The notes beneath the pieces are model-generated. The model ran no database searches and was not told the DNA's origin. It saw only the letters and a program-made list of their open reading frames with translations. This document shows positions 7,424-12,725 of a stretch of DNA of 12,725 nucleotides, in pieces (position 1 is the stretch's first letter; each line of letters begins with the position of its first letter). The stretch spans positions 1 through 12,725 of the forward strand of contig JBHLKM010000037.1 in NCBI GenBank assembly GCA_048886685.1. The letters run 5' to 3'. A program made the position numbers and the translations under genes. The DNA is from Candidatus Hodarchaeota archaeon (GTDB taxonomy: Archaea > Asgardarchaeota > Lokiarchaeia > Sigyniarchaeales > SOKP01).

Positions 7424-7474
7424 ATTTATATTCCTAAATGATAAAATAAGAATCATCTAAGGTGAAGCCTTCTC

Positions 7475-8689
7475 ATGAATACAGAATCTAAGAGAATAAG
7501 GTACCTTTTCCTTGATAATATAAAAGTCCTTTTTACTATAATAGTGATTTTTTGGCACACGATGGTCACTTATTTTGAAATAGGGTGGTGGTACTATAAA
7601 GAATCTAATCCAGTTGATCCTTTCAGTGAAATTTTCTTTCTACTTGTAGCTTCAATTGGAGGTGTGTTTCAAACTTCACTATTAGGATTATTCTTTTTAT
7701 TAGGGGGTTATTTTACTCCAAAAAGTTATGATCGAAAAGGTGTTCGTAGTTTCTGGAAAGAACGACTTATTCGTCTCGGTATTCCTCTCTTTTTATATAT
7801 CGTAGTAATTAATCCTATTACAATTTATATCCTATCCAAATTAGGAATTTCTCCATGGAGCACCAACCCAATGTTGCAAGGGACTTTTCTAGATTATTAT
7901 TTCAGCAGTTTTTTATCTTGGGAAGATTTCATTAACTTTATATCATTTGGGGGACCTATGTGGTTTCTCAGGGTTTTACTAATCTTTACTGCATTTTATA
8001 CTTTTTGGCGTCAAATAACCAAGTTAGACTCATTACAGCGAAAAATCCCAAAGGTATTTTCCATCCCACGATATTTTTATTTACTTCTTTTAGCTATTGG
8101 TTTAGGATGCCTTACTTTTTTAGTACGTATAGTCTTTCCTATAGATGTACGCCCGCTGGAAATACCATGGGGTCAACTCATTCAGTATCTAACGATGTTC
8201 AGTATTGGTGTTATCTGTATTAGGTATCTTTGGTTCGAAAGGATGACTAAAAAACATGTTAAAATCTGGTTAATTACAATAATAATTTCACTTGTAGTAA
8301 TTTATATCGACTTTTTTATAGCTATAGCAAAAGATGTAGATTTTATAGATTTTACAGGAGGAGCCAATTTGCATGCTTTTCTTTTCGCCTTGGTAGACAA
8401 TATCGTTTGTATGGGAGTTATTTTTGTCTTGATCAAGGTTTTTTACACAAAATTCAACAAGCAGGGACCTATATTAGGAAACTTATCCACTAGCGCGTAT
8501 CATATGTACCTTCTTCATCCAATTATCCTTATGATTGTATCCCTTGGATTTTCATCCTTAAGCCTTTATCCTATTATAAAACTAACCATTGTTTTTCCTT
8601 TAACTGTCCTGTTATGCTATCTAGTAAGTCATTATGTCCTCGAAAAAATTAATTTGAAAAAACGCATAAGAACTACTCAGAATAGTTAG
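7475..8689 (+). CDS. Acyltransferase family 3 membrane protein (OpgC/MdoC-like)
   Basis: R..FLDNIKV...VIFWH, LFFLLGGYF, FWKERLIRLGIP, GPMWFL and SAYHMYLLHP motifs; ~10 TM segments; AGGTGA RBS upstream. Confidence 0.92.
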   Translation: MNTESKRIRYLFLDNIKVLFTIIVIFWHTMVTYFEIGWWYYKESNPVDPFSEIFFLLVASIGGVFQTSLLGLFFLLGGYFTPKSYDRKGVRSFWKERLIRLGIPLFLYIVVINPITIYILSKLGISPWSTNPMLQGTFLDYYFSSFLSWEDFINFISFGGPMWFLRVLLIFTAFYTFWRQITKLDSLQRKIPKVFSIPRYFYLLLLAIGLGCLTFLVRIVFPIDVRPLEIPWGQLIQYLTMFSIGVICIRYLWFERMTKKHVKIWLITIIISLVVIYIDFFIAIAKDVDFIDFTGGANLHAFLFALVDNIVCMGVIFVLIKVFYTKFNKQGPILGNLSTSAYHMYLLHPIILMIVSLGFSSLSLYPIIKLTIVFPLTVLLCYLVSHYVLEKINLKKRIRTTQNS

Positions 8690-8761
8690 AGTATCGTGGT
8701 ATTTTTAAAACACAGAAAATGATAATAAGGAACATTTAAAAAAAAGATAAGTTTTAGAATT

Positions 8762-9808
8762 TCATTCTAATTGTCTCATAATGATTCTTTCAAAATAAGG
8801 AATATTTAGTAGGAATAAATCTTTCTTATCGGTTTTCTTTCTAACCAATAAATTACACTCACGAAGTTTTTTGAGATAATTAGTGATGGTGTCGTAATGC
8901 ATATGAAGTGCTTTTGAAACTTGATATTTTGTAATCCCCTCTTTATTATCTTTTAATAACTCAATAATACTTTTGCATTTCTCCCTTGAAATTATATGAT
9001 ACAATTCATCGTTTTTAGTGCTCATTGAGAACTCGAAATAACTGAGATGACTATTTATAAGGTGTTCTCGGATTAAGTTAAATTTCACTAGCATTGATAA
9101 ATGCCAATTTATTATGAATAGGCTTAGATTTAGTCTTTTTGATAGGTTATTCTTATAAATTCCAGGATTTTCTTTAACAGTATTAAAGATTTGTCTTCTA
9201 TTCTCATTAAGCAAAATTGTCATTCTTGTTAATTTTGATCCCTCCACTATTATGTTCTTTTTTATAAGAGAGTCAATAACAGTTTTTATTCCATTATAAT
9301 TCAAATTCCCATTTAATCGATATCTTGATGTTATATACATAGCTACCTTTTCTTTGTTAAATACCCTATTATAGCTTAGAAATTCTTGTATTAAATTAAA
9401 TACTCCCATTTCTTCTTTTGTTAAATAAACTCCTTCTACTTCTTGAGAGTGACATTTTCCAGAGGTCTCATTTTGTGGAACATCTTCAAAAAATACGAGA
9501 AGCTCAAAAGAAAAGAAAATACCAGTAAAACATATAAAGAAAAAGGTTTCATCATATTTTTCAAAAAGATTTTCGAATACACTACTACTTTCAATAAATA
9601 GAGATTTATCAAATAAATCTATACTGAAAATTTCATAGGAAGTATCAAGGTTAATTAATTCATCAAAATGATACTCCTCATTGTTAAAATTAGTATTTGT
9701 ATTATCTAAATTTTCTATTCTAATAATAGTAATGTAATAGAAAGCCGAAAGAAAAAGACTACTTATTAATATTGGGATAAGAATTCGAGGTAAAATTCCT
9801 TTCTTCAT
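8762..9808 (-). CDS. Membrane-anchored protein with tandem C-terminal winged-HTH domains (putative transcriptional regulator)
   Basis: Hydrophobic segments at aa ~8-30 and ~89-107. NENRRQIFNTVKENPGIYKNNLSKRLNLS...WHLSMLVKFNLI and SIIELLKDNKEGITKYQVSKALHMHYDTITNYLKKLRECNLL are two wHTH units of the archaeal double-HTH type. Confidence 0.85.
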   Translation of the reverse strand: MKKGILPRILIPILISSLFLSAFYYITIIRIENLDNTNTNFNNEEYHFDELINLDTSYEIFSIDLFDKSLFIESSSVFENLFEKYDETFFFICFTGIFFSFELLVFFEDVPQNETSGKCHSQEVEGVYLTKEEMGVFNLIQEFLSYNRVFNKEKVAMYITSRYRLNGNLNYNGIKTVIDSLIKKNIIVEGSKLTRMTILLNENRRQIFNTVKENPGIYKNNLSKRLNLSLFIINWHLSMLVKFNLIREHLINSHLSYFEFSMSTKNDELYHIISREKCKSIIELLKDNKEGITKYQVSKALHMHYDTITNYLKKLRECNLLVRKKTDKKDLFLLNIPYFERIIMRQLE

Positions 9809-10018
9809 AAGAAATAACTAATTTTTTAATATTGATTTTATTTATTTTGGTTTTACAAATATAGGTGAATTCTACTTCAAAAAGCAAATATACAAAAATG
9901 TATTTAAATTTTACAAAATCTATTTTATTTTGTTTTTATATCTAATCAGAAGTTTAACTTTCACTTCAATTATATTGATAAATATTTCAAATTTAGTAAT
10001 ATATGGAGTTTATTGCAT

Positions 10019-10050
10019 ATAAAAAAGCATCAATATAAAAATTGAATATA
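10019..10050 (-). repeat. 32-nt direct repeat, copy 1 (TCAAT-N6-ATTGA hairpin plus U-tract on - strand; terminator-like)
   Basis: ATAAAAAAGCATCAATATAAAAATTGAATATA, 31/32 identical to 10763-10794. Confidence 0.75.
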
Positions 10051-10116
10051 TTAGATTTTAACCATAATTTAAAAGAAAATGAGATTCTTGGATCTATATT
10101 TTTTAAATAATTGAGC

Positions 10117-10653
10117 CTACCTTTTTTTAAAAAATCTTGTTTTTTCTAAGAGGACAAATTCTGCTAAAACAAGAGTAATAACAATAATGGCCAAATAAAA
10201 ACCATTTAGCAATATTAAATTAAAAGAGAACGATGTAATAGTAGTAGGTGGAATCTCGATTATTAATAATGTTAAAAAAGTAGAAAAAACACTCCCAAAC
10301 AACCCTATACTCATCAAGAATACACTAATTATATCCAAGTTTCTTCTTATTCTTGATAACTTTTGTTTTTTGAAATACCCGAAGTTAAGAAGAAATCCAA
10401 TGATAAATATTGTTATGAAGATAAAATAGACAACAAAATTATAACATATCTCATATCCTGAACCAACAATACGAGAGGGGAAAGAAATCACCCCAAAATG
10501 AAGGTTATGGATAAAAAATTCCGTAGGATTAGAAATAACTCCTGAAATTTCTACGCGTTCAAAACCTAAAAAAACACTCGCAATTCCAAAAATCAATATT
10601 ACGATTTTAAAGGTTATATTAAATACTTTTGATTCCATATGAATCACATCCAT
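10117..10653 (-). CDS. Hypothetical integral membrane protein (~4 TM)
   Basis: Four hydrophobic segments, basic loop and tail. True start may be ATG 10638 (MESK), preceded by GATGTGA. Confidence 0.8.
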   Translation of the reverse strand: MDVIHMESKVFNITFKIVILIFGIASVFLGFERVEISGVISNPTEFFIHNLHFGVISFPSRIVGSGYEICYNFVVYFIFITIFIIGFLLNFGYFKKQKLSRIRRNLDIISVFLMSIGLFGSVFSTFLTLLIIEIPPTTITSFSFNLILLNGFYLAIIVITLVLAEFVLLEKTRFFKKR

Positions 10654-10762
10654 AAATTTAGATTCTCTCCAAGCAGAAACTTAGTTATTCTTAAAGGATC
10701 CAATTTAATTTCAGTTTTATAATTAAATTACTTAAATATAATAATACTCAAACCTCTCTCAA

Positions 10763-10794
10763 ATAAAAAAGCATCAATAAAAAAATTGAATATA
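10763..10794 (-). repeat. 32-nt direct repeat, copy 2
   Basis: ATAAAAAAGCATCAATAAAAAAATTGAATATA, 31/32 identical to 10019-10050. Confidence 0.75.
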
Positions 10795-11141
10795 ATAAAA
10801 AATATTTGTTAACATACTTGTTTTTATAGAATATATCCTCTTACCTTATCGATTTGAATTCAATGTCAACACATAGTTACTCTTTTAATAGAATCGTTTG
10901 GGGGGATTTACTCATTATTCATAATGCAAAATTTTTCTCTATTATTCTTGCAGTTCGCTCATATTCAATAAAAAGAAGTCTCAGTTTTTCTTTCTTTGTC
11001 GTAGTAACGGTCGCCTAGGATCCCTCCACTTTCTATATGGATCATAGGAATTTAAATTTCTTTATTCTTAAAAAAGGTAAAAATTTAAAAAAAAGTTTTG
11101 TATGAATAATCCCTACAGGATCTAATTTCTACAAGAAAAAA

Positions 11142-11885
11142 TCACTCAAATCTCTTTTTATACTCTTTTGTATTTTCAGGTGGCCATGCTTTAGGGGTGA
11201 TCCCATTTCTGGTGAATCTATGATCACATCCCGGACCACCATTCGCGAGAGTATGATTACGCCATAATTTGAACCCCAAAACGTGCGATTGGGCGAGATC
11301 AAGAAGACAGGCGAAAGGTACATATTTTTCTGCTCCAAAGTTCTTATATGCCTTAAGAATTCCACATTCAGATACATTTAAGCCATAATCAAAATCCTCA
11401 TTTGTTCCATCAACGAATTCCATGACCCAATTATCTGGATATTCTCTTTTCTGTGAAGTAGCGCAATGTTTTTTTAAAAAATTAATATAAGCTTCACCAA
11501 AAACAACATCTATAAGTTTTGTTCCTTCCTTATCTGCTCTTTCCATCGCAATTTTAGTTTCTATCTCTTTATATCCATTACTAAACTCCCCAATCTCTCG
11601 ATATGAATAGCCTTCCTTCTCAAGAATACGATATACTGCTAATAAAGATACCTTTTCTATGAGGACTGAAATTAAAAAATTCCTCCTTCCCCCAATATTC
11701 GTCATATTCCCTAACATCTCTTCATATTCTTTTCGCATTTGATTGATCAAATCTTTTGCTTTAGATTCACCAACATTCTCACTCTCGAGTAGGAGATCTT
11801 TCACAATTTTTAACATGTTTTCAAATTGATTAATCAACATCGGCTTATTCTTTATATAATAGTCTTTACCTTTCTGACTTGACAA
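11142..11885 (-). CDS. L-2-amino-thiazoline-4-carboxylic acid hydrolase (ATC_hydrolase) family protein
   Basis: DYGLNVSECGILK...PFACLLD...RNHTLANGGPGCDHRF three-Cys pattern typical of the family. TTG start after ATGTGA. Actual substrate unknown. Confidence 0.85.
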   Translation of the reverse strand: MSSQKGKDYYIKNKPMLINQFENMLKIVKDLLLESENVGESKAKDLINQMRKEYEEMLGNMTNIGGRRNFLISVLIEKVSLLAVYRILEKEGYSYREIGEFSNGYKEIETKIAMERADKEGTKLIDVVFGEAYINFLKKHCATSQKREYPDNWVMEFVDGTNEDFDYGLNVSECGILKAYKNFGAEKYVPFACLLDLAQSHVLGFKLWRNHTLANGGPGCDHRFTRNGITPKAWPPENTKEYKKRFE

Positions 11886-12360
11886 AAAATATCACATTTA
11901 GCATGATGTAATTGATTATTCGGTTAATAAACAAATAAGTCAAATTCTCATTTAAAGTTGATTTAGAACAGTTATTTGAAGAACTCCTATATAAGAGCTT
12001 TTCAGAGTTCCTAGAGGAACATTAAATTCACAACTCTTTCACTTGCTTTTATTGCCGGTCAATTGAGATATTAGTTTATTTCAATTCTACTAATTCATTA
12101 ATTAGACGTTAGATTGATGAATAATAACAATTTAATCAAGGATAGATTAGTACGCTTACCACTTGCTCCTACAAATTTATAAATTTTATTTTTCTTATAA
12201 GAAAGATAATTTAAAAATTATAAGCATTTTTTTAGGCTTCTTATTAAGATTTAATCTTAAATAATACATGAGCGTATCCTAATAAATACATTAATTAGAT
12301 ATGTTCTACGGTTTAGTTTGATTCTCAAAATATTTCAATTTTAACGATTTTAGGAAATCT

Positions 12361-12477
12361 CTATTGCTTTTTACCTTTTTCTTTTAATTTATCAATTTCT
12401 TCCAGTTATTCTTTAATCTTAGATAGTTTAGAGGATTTTGATTTATCAATTGGTTCATTACATGCCCAACAAGCATT
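12361..12477 (-). pseudogene. Remnant of the C-terminus of a zinc-finger protein
   Basis: NACWACNEPIDKSKSSKLSKIKE*LEEIDKLKEKGKKQ*; has CxxC, no start codon, and an internal TAA at 12406-12408. Confidence 0.55.
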
Positions 12478-12725
12478 TCAGGTAATTTTTAAATTTATAG
12501 ATTATATGATCTCATGACTATAAGAAAACATACATTTTGGTAGGTTTCAGTCCTATATATAAGTAGAATACTTTCTGGATAATAACCTGATATGAGCAGA
12601 TGATAAGTAAGGACACAAAGGTATTTTTTTTTACCAAAAAGGAATCAATGTCTAAAAATATATAAATACACTATGAATTGAATGTATTAAGAAGGTACCG
12701 AATTTAAGATCCGTATTTATGCTTA

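Noticed and set aside
7960-8223. 87-aa + strand ORF
   Set aside because: Alternate frame nested within the acyltransferase gene.
10800-11045. Short - strand peptide fragments (MIHIESGGILGDRYY..., ...KLRLLFIEYERTARIIEK)
   Set aside because: Short, broken frames with no recognisable family; possibly a remnant but not supportable without a search.
11129-11377. 82-aa - strand ORF
   Set aside because: Alternate frame overlapping the conserved C-terminus of the ATC-hydrolase-family gene.

Overview
AT-rich window that reads as archaeal chromosome, most consistent with an Asgard (Lokiarchaeia/Promethearchaeota-like) genome. That assignment is inferred from the protein families and the GGTGA-type RBS, not from a search. 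In order, it holds: the 3' end of a + strand gene; two tandem, highly diverged paralogous secreted proteins (- strand); a divergent ArsR-like wHTH regulator followed by a decayed copy of its own C-terminus; a TPR protein; a ZntA/CadA-type P1B ATPase (probable ATA start, Cys/His-rich C-terminal domain); a decayed - strand gene; an acyltransferase-3 (OpgC/MdoC-like); a membrane-anchored double wHTH protein; a 4-TM protein bracketed by 32-nt direct repeats; an ATC-hydrolase-family protein; and a zinc-finger gene remnant. The most notable feature is a ~134-nt non-coding element after each secreted-protein gene (148-281 and 1104-1237, ~87% identical by hand alignment, although the proteins align only in short motifs). 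It folds on the - strand into a multi-stem structure ending in a U-tract, carries an SD plus a short Arg/Lys-rich ORF, and is complementary to the shared 5' leader of the same genes. It is a candidate undescribed cis-regulatory RNA or cassette module. No rRNA, tRNA, CRISPR array, transposase, integrase or reverse transcriptase was seen.
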